A stretch of 64,000 nt of DNA from NCBI GenBank assembly GCA_045642205.1, contig JAZUIK010000181.1, positions 5,306 through 69,305 on the forward strand, given 5' to 3'. Origin of the DNA: Bianqueaceae bacterium (GTDB lineage: Bacteria > Bacillota > Clostridia > Lachnospirales > Bianqueaceae). A program made the position numbers and the translations under genes. Positions 56,117 to 64,000 of this stretch are shown piece by piece (the first letter of the stretch is position 1; every line of letters begins with the position of its first letter). Under the pieces are notes generated by a model. That model worked only from the letters and a program-made list of their open reading frames with translations, was not told the origin of the DNA and searched no databases.

Positions 56117-56950
56117 ATGAAAAAGGTTGGTTTTATCGATTTTGAACTGGACAACTGGCATGCAAATAACTATCCGAAGATGATCCATGATGCATCCGAA
56201 GGAGAATATGAGGTTGTTTATGCCTGGGGATATCAGGATGCTCAGGGTATGTCCAATCAAGCATGGGCAGAAAAATTCGGAGTCATTCTATGCGAAACAC
56301 AGGAAGAGGTGATCGAAAAGAGTGATGTCCTGATCGTACTTTCTCCGAATAATCCGGAGATGCACGAAATGCTCTGTGCCAAACCCTTAGCCAGCGGAAA
56401 GCGTACCTATGTAGACAAGACCTTTGCTCCGGATAAGGAAACGGCAGAGAGGATCTTCCAAAATGCAGAAGCTCACGGAACACCGTGCTTCTCCACATCG
56501 GCACTTCGCTACAGTGCGGAACTTTCCGAGATCGACCTGACTACCATCGACCGTATCTATTCCGAAGGACCCGGAACGATGGAGATGTATTCCATCCATC
56601 AGATCGAACCTATTGTGAAACTGATGGGCGTCAGGGTGAAGCGACTGATGGCACTGTCCGGACCGGAGCATCCTTCTTTCGTTATCGAATTTGTGGATGG
56701 TCGTACCGCACAGATGGTCCAGAGGGATGATCCTTCCTGGGGCTTCCGTTTACAGATCGTGGATAAGAATAATGCAGCCAAGGTCTATGAGATCGCTTCG
56801 GACTTTTTCCATCTGTTTATTGTGGATCTGATCCGATTCTTTGAGACCGGTATCGTTCCGGTCGCTCATGAACAGACCATCGATGTCATGGCCATCCGCG
56901 CGGCTGCCGTGTCCGCCTCTGAAAAACCCTTCGAATGGGTGGAACTATAA
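56117..56950 (+). CDS. Gfo/Idh/MocA-like protein with a degenerate nucleotide-binding motif
   Basis: The overall layout resembles an oxidoreductase N-domain (KSDVLIVLSPNNPEMHEMLCAKPLASGKRTYVDKTFA). However, the N-terminus is VGFIDFELDNWHANNY rather than GxGxxG. Confidence 0.5.
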   Translation: MKKVGFIDFELDNWHANNYPKMIHDASEGEYEVVYAWGYQDAQGMSNQAWAEKFGVILCETQEEVIEKSDVLIVLSPNNPEMHEMLCAKPLASGKRTYVDKTFAPDKETAERIFQNAEAHGTPCFSTSALRYSAELSEIDLTTIDRIYSEGPGTMEMYSIHQIEPIVKLMGVRVKRLMALSGPEHPSFVIEFVDGRTAQMVQRDDPSWGFRLQIVDKNNAAKVYEIASDFFHLFIVDLIRFFETGIVPVAHEQTIDVMAIRAAAVSASEKPFEWVEL

Positions 56951-56965
56951 TAGAATATAATGACC

Positions 56966-57004
56966 AAAACAAGAAAACCTGCCAAAGGCAGGTTTTCTTG
57001 TTTT
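56966..57004. terminator. bidirectional terminator
   Basis: 18-bp stem AAAACAAGAAAACCTGCC / GGCAGGTTTTCTTGTTTT. Confidence 0.7.
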
Positions 57005-57053
57005 GAAGAGATATCACATGACCTTTCGTTAACCATTGAAAAGCCATGTTGCA

Positions 57054-58364
57054 TTATTCCCAGATACGGATAAAGGGATCTTCTTTGGTATAGGGCTGCC
57101 AGGGAGCTTCTCCCTTGGCAAAACGAGACCAGGCATCCAGCATTTCCTCACTGATCTTCTGGTCATGCTCTGTCATGGGACGCCAGGAACGGTTCAGTGT
57201 ACCAAACATATACCAGAGCTCGGAACTGTGGAAAGCACCGGCATCATCTCCGGGAAGTTGTCTTCCGAAGCGATACAGATAGGTGGGCTGAGAAGAGGTC
57301 TGGCAGCGAGCGTTAGCAAAATTAACGCAAGCCTGCTCCAACATGGAATGCTCTTCATCTTGGCGCTGATCCTTCGGTTTAGCACCAATATCTTCGGTGG
57401 TGGAACCAAGCATACAGGGAACATCCGAAATGCGGTTTCCAAACAGCACATCATGGAAGGATTCCGTCAGGAAGTGACCATCCAGAACGGGACGAAGAGG
57501 CAGCATGCGGGAATGGAAATGGACCTTTTTGGAAACAGACAGGATCTCATCGGCGGAAAGATCGCGCAATTCGGATACAGTGGATACACCGGCAGCTTCA
57601 AGAAAAGCCTTTCCGTACGCAGCGGATTCTTCGACCGGATTATCCTGAGTCAGACCGCCATCGATACCGCCTCCGGATTGCATGATAGCACCGGCAAAGG
57701 TTCCCTTTGCCAGAGGAGAGGAAACGAGCGCCTGGACACTCATGGCGCCGGCACTCTGTCCCATGATGGTAACGCGGGAAGGATCACCGCCAAAGAAGGC
57801 AATATTTTTTCTGACCCACTGAAGAGCGAAGAGCTGATCCAGCATACCATAATTACCGGAACTATGATCAGGGTCTTCGTCCGCCAGCTCGGGAAGATAC
57901 AAAAAGCCAAAGGGTCCTACGCGATAATTGATGGTGACGAGGATCACGCCGCGTTTGGCGAAAGCTTCGCCATCAAACTCTTTCTCACTTCCGCTGCCGT
58001 GGTTGAAAGCTCCGCCATGGATCCAGAAAAGGACCGGGAGAGCAGGGGATTCGCTGGCGGAAGAAGGATCAACAGGAGTCCAGATATTCAAAAAGAGGCA
58101 GTCTTCGCTGTTGTCCGTAACATCTCCCGGTTCAGAATAGAATTCTTTGAAATAGAAGCCCCCGGTCATTCTGTCCTGAGGACACTGAGATTTGAAAGAA
58201 GTACAATCCAGGACCTCTTCGTGCACAGGTGCTTCCGTAGGTGCTTTCCATCGAAGATCACCTACAGGTGCTGCAGCATAAGGGATACCTTGGAAGACGT
58301 GGCAGTCATTCAGTTTTTGACCGAGAACGGGACCCTGAAGGGTAGAAGCGGTAATTGTCTGCAT
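57054..58364 (-). CDS. type B carboxylesterase/lipase family protein
   Basis: CLFLNIWTP, PVLFWIHGGAF oxyanion region, and nucleophile elbow GQSAGA. Confidence 0.85.
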   Translation of the reverse strand: MQTITASTLQGPVLGQKLNDCHVFQGIPYAAAPVGDLRWKAPTEAPVHEEVLDCTSFKSQCPQDRMTGGFYFKEFYSEPGDVTDNSEDCLFLNIWTPVDPSSASESPALPVLFWIHGGAFNHGSGSEKEFDGEAFAKRGVILVTINYRVGPFGFLYLPELADEDPDHSSGNYGMLDQLFALQWVRKNIAFFGGDPSRVTIMGQSAGAMSVQALVSSPLAKGTFAGAIMQSGGGIDGGLTQDNPVEESAAYGKAFLEAAGVSTVSELRDLSADEILSVSKKVHFHSRMLPLRPVLDGHFLTESFHDVLFGNRISDVPCMLGSTTEDIGAKPKDQRQDEEHSMLEQACVNFANARCQTSSQPTYLYRFGRQLPGDDAGAFHSSELWYMFGTLNRSWRPMTEHDQKISEEMLDAWSRFAKGEAPWQPYTKEDPFIRIWE

Positions 58365-58400
58365 GGAAAAGCCTCCTTTTATATTCTTTGGATCGGATGG

Positions 58401-60179
58401 TTACTCTGATTCGATGGCTGCTTTACGTGAAAGGATCTCGTGGAAGATGGAAGGATCCACTTTGGGCTGGCGATCATAGGTATAGACACCGTTCTGTTCC
58501 TGCTCGATATCGGTGAGCTGAGTGTAGCACAGACCCATGATCCGGGGATTATCTAAAAGGACATCGGTCAGGCCCTTAAAGCGAGCGATGTATTCTTCCT
58601 CGGAGGCGGCAGCCTGTCCGTAACTCCAGGCATTGTGATCATTTTCTCTGGCGATGGCACTTTGTATATCGAAGCCGATGCCGCCATATTCACTGACGAA
58701 GAAAGGACCACCGGTGTATTCCTGACGAGGAGAGAGGTTGTCGTGGAGTTTTCCTTCCAAGGGGAAATGCTGATTGTAGATCGAGGGATCCTGCTGATAG
58801 TCATGCACATCGTAGATATCTGTGGCAACGTGATAGCCTCCGCTGACATCGATGACCGGACGGGTAGGGTCTGCCGCCTTGCAGGCGAGATAGACCGTTT
58901 TCAGTAAAGGATCATACTGACGGGCATGGTGCTGGTCCCAGGTTTCATTAAAGGGACACCAGCCGATCAGGGAAGGGTGATTGAAATCGCGGTTCATCTC
59001 TTCCAGAAATTGCGGGAGGAAGGTATAGATCGCCATGGGGTCAGTGTGGTCCAGTCCCCAGTTGCCATATTCATCCCAGACAAGGTAACCAAGCTGATCT
59101 GCATGATAGAGGAAACGTTCTTCGAAGGTCTTCTGATGGAGACGACCACCGTTAAAGCCCATTGCCATGGACAAAAGGATATCTCCTTTCAGATCCTCAT
59201 CGCTGGGAGCGGTGTAGATGCCATCCGGATAGAAGCCCTGATCCAGGACCAGACGCTGAAAGACCGGCTTTTGGTTGATCAGGCAGGCTGTCTGGGTAAG
59301 AGAGACACTGCGAAGGCCGAAATAACTGGTGACGGTATCGGTGGTTCCTCCATCATCATAGGAAGTAAGACCCTCCGGCGTCAGGGTAGCGGAGCTTTCG
59401 GCAGCATAGATCAGTTTCAGGTCATATAATCCGCCTTTACCGACTTCCCAGAGATGGGACTCGGAAAGGGGCAGTGTCACATGCAGATTTCCACCCTTGG
59501 AAGGGGCGACGAGAGAACCAACGGAATCTCCCCGCCAGAAGGCTTCCACGGAAAGCATTCCGGCACCGCACAGATCGATATCCATGGAAACACTGCAGGT
59601 TTCAGGAGTAGGGATCAGGCGGAAGGATTCGATATGGGTCTTGGGAAGAAACTCCAGCCAGACACTTTGCCAGATACCGCTGGTGCGGGTGTAATCACAG
59701 CCGTGAGAATAGAATTCTTCGGATTGTTTGCCCCTGGGGATCATGGGATCTCGTTCGTCATCTTCCACGTACAGCGTCAGGACGTTATCTCCGGCAAAGA
59801 GGAAAGGAGTAATATCGAAAGAAAAGGAAGTATAGCCACCAACGTGGGTTCCGGCCTTTTTGCCATTCACAAATAAAGTGCAGGTATCATCGACCGCACC
59901 AAAGTGGATACGGACGATCTTCTCCAGGTTTGCTTCGGAAACGGAGATGTGACGCTGATACCAGAGCCCCAAAATGAAATCCTTGTGCTCGATGCCGGAA
60001 AGACGGCTCTGAGGACAGAAGGGCACGATGATGGTATCCTTCAGGGCCGCCTTGGGATCGGATAAGCCTCTGGCCAGACCACTGCGGGAGTTATCGATCT
60101 CAAAAGACCAAGGACCATTCAAAGTTTCCCAGGTGGGACGATAGAATTGCGGACGGGGATGTTCGGAGCGAGGGATCAT
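58401..60179 (-). CDS. glycoside hydrolase family 2 protein
   Basis: Sugar-binding N-domain (LNGPWSF), a TIM barrel with NHPSLIGWCPFNETW (acid/base region), and a later SEYGG. Confidence 0.85.
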   Translation of the reverse strand: MIPRSEHPRPQFYRPTWETLNGPWSFEIDNSRSGLARGLSDPKAALKDTIIVPFCPQSRLSGIEHKDFILGLWYQRHISVSEANLEKIVRIHFGAVDDTCTLFVNGKKAGTHVGGYTSFSFDITPFLFAGDNVLTLYVEDDERDPMIPRGKQSEEFYSHGCDYTRTSGIWQSVWLEFLPKTHIESFRLIPTPETCSVSMDIDLCGAGMLSVEAFWRGDSVGSLVAPSKGGNLHVTLPLSESHLWEVGKGGLYDLKLIYAAESSATLTPEGLTSYDDGGTTDTVTSYFGLRSVSLTQTACLINQKPVFQRLVLDQGFYPDGIYTAPSDEDLKGDILLSMAMGFNGGRLHQKTFEERFLYHADQLGYLVWDEYGNWGLDHTDPMAIYTFLPQFLEEMNRDFNHPSLIGWCPFNETWDQHHARQYDPLLKTVYLACKAADPTRPVIDVSGGYHVATDIYDVHDYQQDPSIYNQHFPLEGKLHDNLSPRQEYTGGPFFVSEYGGIGFDIQSAIARENDHNAWSYGQAAASEEEYIARFKGLTDVLLDNPRIMGLCYTQLTDIEQEQNGVYTYDRQPKVDPSIFHEILSRKAAIESE

Positions 60180-60201
60180 GGCAGCCTCCTAAAAAAGAGT
60201 A

Positions 60202-60849
60202 TCAGAAATAACGATAGGACCGGGACTGGTCATTGACAGGTTCCCAGGCGTCGTACGCTTTGGCGGTATCTTCCAGAAGAATAAACTGCCTGATCTGAAC
60301 AACGATCAAAGCGATCGTGCAGAGCAGGATAAGGATCAGACCGATCAGCGGGAAATACATGGAGATCAGGGTGGAAGGAATCAGCAGGAAATAGGTATAC
60401 ATACAGATCTTCCACAAAAGTGCCCAGCGCTCAGACATAGTGGGATCAGCGGACATGATGGCTTCTTCGTGGCCGCGGAACTCCTGAAAACGGGAGAAAC
60501 AGGCAAGAAGGGCAGAAAGGAAAACAGCCAGATCCTGCACCCAGGATGAAGAGCCTTCCAGTATGCGCAGCAGCATAACCGCCGGCGTGATCGCGATCAG
60601 GATGAACTGCATGTAGGCAGCGTATTTAAAACCGTCACTGGCAAATGCCATGCGGAGCAGTACAAGGCAGTAGATCAAAGATACAAGGACACCGAAGATC
60701 TTTCCCGGAAATTCCAGGAAGGGGATCAGAGTGATGATAGCGGAATTGGAGAGGACGGATGCGGCAATGTTGGCGACCAGCAGCCATTTCAGGATGCGGG
60801 AGCATCGGGAGAGGCGGGCAGTCTTTTGCTTATCCAAATAGGTTTTCAT
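60202..60849 (-). CDS. hypothetical polytopic membrane protein
   Basis: 215 aa with about 6 hydrophobic helices. Tight spacing to the flanking same-strand genes. No family recognised. Confidence 0.6.
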   Translation of the reverse strand: MKTYLDKQKTARLSRCSRILKWLLVANIAASVLSNSAIITLIPFLEFPGKIFGVLVSLIYCLVLLRMAFASDGFKYAAYMQFILIAITPAVMLLRILEGSSSWVQDLAVFLSALLACFSRFQEFRGHEEAIMSADPTMSERWALLWKICMYTYFLLIPSTLISMYFPLIGLILILLCTIALIVVQIRQFILLEDTAKAYDAWEPVNDQSRSYRYF

Positions 60850-60892
60850 GAAAAGCCTCCGTTAAGAAGATCATTTCTTAAATATATGGGTC

Positions 60893-61264
60893 TTATTCTT
60901 TGACGTGGTCCAGACCCTGTGCAATGATGGTGCGGACATGGTCATCCGCCAGAGAGTAGAAGACCTGTTTGCCTTCTCTTCTTCCTTTGACCAGCTGGGA
61001 ATGTTTCAGGATCGCCAGCTGATGAGAAATAGCGGACTGGGTCATATTCAGTTCTTCTGCCAGATCGCATACACAGACTTCGGATTCAAAGAGAACGAAG
61101 AGGATGCGGATACGGGTGGAATCACCAAAGACCTTGAAGAGCTCAGCGAGATCATACATCTCGTCTTCGCTGGGCATCTGGTCATCGATCATTTTCAGAA
61201 GAGAAGAATGTACTTCGCAGGTATCACAGACTTCAACATGTTCATGGTTATGGATATGGGGCAT
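60893..61264 (-). CDS. ArsR/SmtB family metalloregulator
   Basis: ELFKVFGDSTRIRILFVL..CVCDLAEELNMTQSAISHQL HTH region with a CVC metal site. The N-terminus is His/Cys-rich (MPHIHNHEHVEVCDTCEVH). Confidence 0.85.
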   Translation of the reverse strand: MPHIHNHEHVEVCDTCEVHSSLLKMIDDQMPSEDEMYDLAELFKVFGDSTRIRILFVLFESEVCVCDLAEELNMTQSAISHQLAILKHSQLVKGRREGKQVFYSLADDHVRTIIAQGLDHVKE

Positions 61265-61297
61265 GGGGTTACCTTCTTTCGTAGGGGATAAGTGTGA

Positions 61298-61897
61298 CTA
61301 TTGTTCGACCAGATGGATCCATTTTCCTTTAGATTGGATCACACCTTCGTCGTTCATGTTCTTGATCTCTCTCATCATGGCACTGCGATTGACACAGAGA
61401 TATTCTGAAAGTGCAGAAAAGGTCATGGGGATCTCAAAGAGATCGGGGGTGGGAGAAAGGGTTGCCTGATATTCAAAATACGCAAGCAGTTTATCCCGCA
61501 GGGTGCGCTGGGTAAGGATGGATACATGGGCCATCTGTACCTGAGAGTGTTTGGCGGACATCAGAAAAAGGGTCCGCATCAGCTCCTGATGGTTGGCACA
61601 GGGACGACCGCAGCCGATCAGTGCTTTCTGCACATTGATGAAGATGATATCGCAATCGGAATCTGCCACCACATGGATAAATTTATCTTCGGGAAGGGAC
61701 ATATAGTACTCACCGAAGCTATCGCCCGTGGAAAGAACTTCCAATATAGATTCCTGTCCCTGTGAATCGATGCAGGAAATATGTGCCTCGCCGGCCTGAA
61801 GGATTCCGCAGCGACCGGTGTGATCGTTAAATGACAGGATCGTTTCCCCTTTCAGAATATGGGCACGGGATTCGACCTGACAGGTTGTTTCAGCCAA
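61298..61897 (-). CDS. Crp/Fnr family transcriptional regulator
   Basis: cNMP-binding-like beta-roll N-domain and a C-terminal HTH (FSALSEYLCVNRSAMMREIKNM). TTG start 5 nt after AGGAGG. Confidence 0.8.
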   Translation of the reverse strand: MAETTCQVESRAHILKGETILSFNDHTGRCGILQAGEAHISCIDSQGQESILEVLSTGDSFGEYYMSLPEDKFIHVVADSDCDIIFINVQKALIGCGRPCANHQELMRTLFLMSAKHSQVQMAHVSILTQRTLRDKLLAYFEYQATLSPTPDLFEIPMTFSALSEYLCVNRSAMMREIKNMNDEGVIQSKGKWIHLVEQ

Positions 61898-62026
61898 AAG
61901 AGACCTCCTATGGGCTTCTTAAAACAATTGCACACAATTAAATGTAATACGAAAGAAAAATGCAGATAACAGGCGTGTCATGGTGTTTTCTGCACAGGAC
62001 TTCCTTTTTTAATTATACCTTTCAAA

Positions 62027-62042
62027 TGTTGCAAATGCAACA
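62027..62042. promoter_or_regulatory. palindrome TGTTG-N6-CAACA, candidate Crp/Fnr-type site
   Basis: TGTTGCAAATGCAACA (7-bp arms, 2-nt centre). Its centre lies about 42 bp upstream of the TSS predicted from the -10 TATACT at 62064-62069. Confidence 0.4.
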
Positions 62043-62127
62043 ATTCGACACGTGTATATCTGCTATACTCTTGCGAGTTATTTTTTTAACTAACTACAAA
62101 TCGACTGACCACACACAGGAGGTTTTT

Positions 62128-62610
62128 ATGGCAAAGTTGAGTGAAGCTGCTGTAGCTCAGATCAATGAGATCTGCGATCGCTACGCAGGCGAAACAACCC
62201 CGCTGATGATGATTCTGAGTGACATTCAGCGTGAATATGGTTATATTCCGATCGAAGTCCAGGAACTTGTTTCAGCTAAGACCGGTGTCTCTGTTGCAGA
62301 GATCTACGGTGTTGTAACATTTTATTCTTTCTTCTCTCTGGAACCCAAGGGAAAGTATGTCATTGGCTGCTGCCTCGGTACCGCTTGCTATGTTAAGGGT
62401 GCTCAGCAGATCATTGATAAGTTCTCTGAGCTTCTGGATTGCGGCCCCGGCAAGACCACTAAGGACGGTATGTTCACCATCGACGCACTTCGCTGCATCG
62501 GTGCATGCGGTATTGCTCCCGCTGTTACCATCAATGGCACCGTATATCCCAAAGTATCTGTTGACCAGGTTCCCGGCATTATCGAATCTTACCGTAATAA
62601 GGAGGCTTGA
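62128..62610 (+). CDS. NuoE-like [2Fe-2S] subunit (HydC/HndA type) of an NAD(P)H-linked hydrogenase or dehydrogenase
   Basis: Thioredoxin-like ferredoxin Cys pattern (GCCLGTACYV ... LRCIGACGIAP). ATG 62128 follows AGGAGG. Confidence 0.85.
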   Translation: MAKLSEAAVAQINEICDRYAGETTPLMMILSDIQREYGYIPIEVQELVSAKTGVSVAEIYGVVTFYSFFSLEPKGKYVIGCCLGTACYVKGAQQIIDKFSELLDCGPGKTTKDGMFTIDALRCIGACGIAPAVTINGTVYPKVSVDQVPGIIESYRNKEA

Positions 62611-62612
62611 GC

Positions 62613-64000
62613 ATGCTGATTAATAGTAATGCACAGCTGGATACCGCTGTAAATAGCTGTACTCAGTGCTTTAAGGAAAAGCTGGAAGGTCTGAACGGAA
62701 AGAGAGCCGTACTGCTTTGCGGTGGTACCGGATGTCTTTCTTCTCATTCCGACGAGATCAAGGCAAAGTTCCAGGAACTCATTATCGAGAATGAGCTGGA
62801 TGACAAGGTGACCGTTAACCAGGTAGGATGCTTCGGCTTCTGCTCTCAGGGTCCCTTTGTTAAGATCTATCCCGAAGATACTCTGTATCGTCTTGTACAG
62901 GTTGATGATGTTGCTGAGATCGTAGAGAAGGACCTTATCGGCGGCGAAGTCGTTGAGCGTCTTCTGTACGTTGACCCCGCTACCGGCGAGAAGGTCCAGA
63001 AGCAGGAAGACATCAACTTCTACAAGAAGCAGAAGAGAATCGCTCTTCATGGATGTGGTGTCATCAATCCCGAAGACATCAACGAGGCTCTTGGCTATGG
63101 TGCATTCCAGGGTCTGAAGAGAGCTCTGTCCATGGATCCCAAGGATGTTATCGATGAAGTTCTGACCGCAGGTCTTCGTGGCCGTGGCGGTGCAGGTTTC
63201 CCCACCGGACGTAAGTGGTCCTTCGCATATGCAAATGCAGCTGACCAGAAGTACGTCGTATGTAACGGTGACGAGGGTGACCCGGGTGCATTCATGGATC
63301 GTTCCATCCTTGAAGGAAACCCCTTCGCAGTTATTGAAGGTATGATGATCGCAGGATACGCTATCGGCGCATCCGAAGGTTATTTCTATGTTCGTGCTGA
63401 GTACCCCATCGCTGTTCATCGTCTGCAGCTTGCCATCAAGCAGATGAACGAGATCGGTGTTCTTGGTAAGAACGTTCTTGGAACTGACTTCTCCTTCCAG
63501 GCACACATTCGTCTGGGTGCCGGCGCATTCGTTTGCGGTGAGGAGACTGCACTTCTGAATTCTATCGAAGGGCAGCGTGGTATGCCTCGTCCTCGTCCTC
63601 CGTTCCCTGCTGTTAAGGGTCTGTGGCAGAAGCCTACCGTTGTTAACAACGTTGAGACTCTGGCATGTGTTCCTTACATCCTGCGTGAGGGTGCTACCGC
63701 ATTCAATTCCGTTGGTACCGAGCGCTCCAAGGGAACCAAGGTATTCGCACTTGGTGGTAAGGTCAACAACGTTGGTCTGGTCGAAGTTGCCATGGGAACC
63801 ACTCTGCGTGAGCTGGTCTATGATATCGGTGGCGGTATCCCCGGAAACAAGGACTTCAAGGCTATCCAGACCGGTGGTCCTTCCGGTGGCTGTCTGACCA
63901 AGGAATTCCTTGATGGGCCCATCGACTTCGATAACCTGGTAGCAAAGGGATCCATGATGGGTTCCGGCGGTGCTATCGTTATGGACGAAGATAACTGTAT
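62613..64000 (+). CDS. NuoF-like flavoprotein subunit (HydB/HndC type), 3'-truncated by the window end
   Basis: Own translation from ATG 62613 (AAGGAGG RBS). N-terminal [2Fe-2S] domain (CGGTGC...GCFGFCSQGP), then GLRGRGGAGFPTGRKW, GDEGDPGAF and FVCGEETALLNSIEG. Open to position 64000 and absent from the ORF track. Confidence 0.9.
   Translation, partial: MLINSNAQLDTAVNSCTQCFKEKLEGLNGKRAVLLCGGTGCLSSHSDEIKAKFQELIIENELDDKVTVNQVGCFGFCSQGPFVKIYPEDTLYRLVQVDDVAEIVEKDLIGGEVVERLLYVDPATGEKVQKQEDINFYKKQKRIALHGCGVINPEDINEALGYGAFQGLKRALSMDPKDVIDEVLTAGLRGRGGAGFPTGRKWSFAYANAADQKYVVCNGDEGDPGAFMDRSILEGNPFAVIEGMMIAGYAIGASEGYFYVRAEYPIAVHRLQLAIKQMNEIGVLGKNVLGTDFSFQAHIRLGAGAFVCGEETALLNSIEGQRGMPRPRPPFPAVKGLWQKPTVVNNVETLACVPYILREGATAFNSVGTERSKGTKVFALGGKVNNVGLVEVAMGTTLRELVYDIGGGIPGNKDFKAIQTGGPSGGCLTKEFLDGPIDFDNLVAKGSMMGSGGAIVMDEDNC

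Noticed and set aside
62027-62042. Calling the palindrome a definite Rex operator.
   Set aside because: It matches only the outer TTGTT...AACA positions of the Clostridial Rex consensus (TTGTTAANNNNTTAACAA). The inner positions differ, so it is reported only as a candidate Crp/Fnr or Rex-like site.

Overview
This window is the chromosomal replication-origin region of a Firmicutes genome. Protein families and gene order look Clostridia/Lachnospiraceae-like, but that is inference only. The core is rpmH-rnpA-yidD-yidC-jag-mnmE-mnmG-rsmG on the + strand, diverging from dnaA-dnaN-yaaA-recF on the - strand. DnaA-box clusters lie on both sides of dnaA, so oriC is bipartite. Gene orientation flips at about 18 kb: 2-17.7 kb is almost all minus and 18.3-31.5 kb almost all plus. 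Further right are argS, four perfect parS palindromes bracketing one reverse-oriented unknown gene, soj-spo0J, three singleton tRNA genes (Arg-CCG, Arg-CCU, Leu-AAG) and housekeeping or accessory genes. These include peptidases, AzlCD, serine dehydratase, type III glutamine synthetase, GH2/GH3 enzymes, a carboxylesterase and NuoE/NuoF-like hydrogenase subunits. I saw no transposase, integrase, CRISPR array or rRNA. Many long ORFs in the supplied track are codon-aligned antisense shadows of real genes and were rejected. The points most worth follow-up are: (1) a double-hairpin element with compensatory substitutions, found upstream of both tRNA-Arg genes and, in a related form, twice in tandem in the mnmE-mnmG spacer; (2) a tRNA-Leu with an A34 anticodon (AAG); (3) a roughly 140-nt promoter-to-terminator RNA unit upstream of a transglutaminase-like/GSIII gene pair that I could not match to any riboswitch class I know; (4) the parS quartet around a head-on DUF4003-like gene; (5) a 470-bp spacer packed with TNACAA repeats and two related 14-bp palindromes around a consensus promoter. 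All coordinates, motifs and pairings were read by eye from the sequence. No database search was run.
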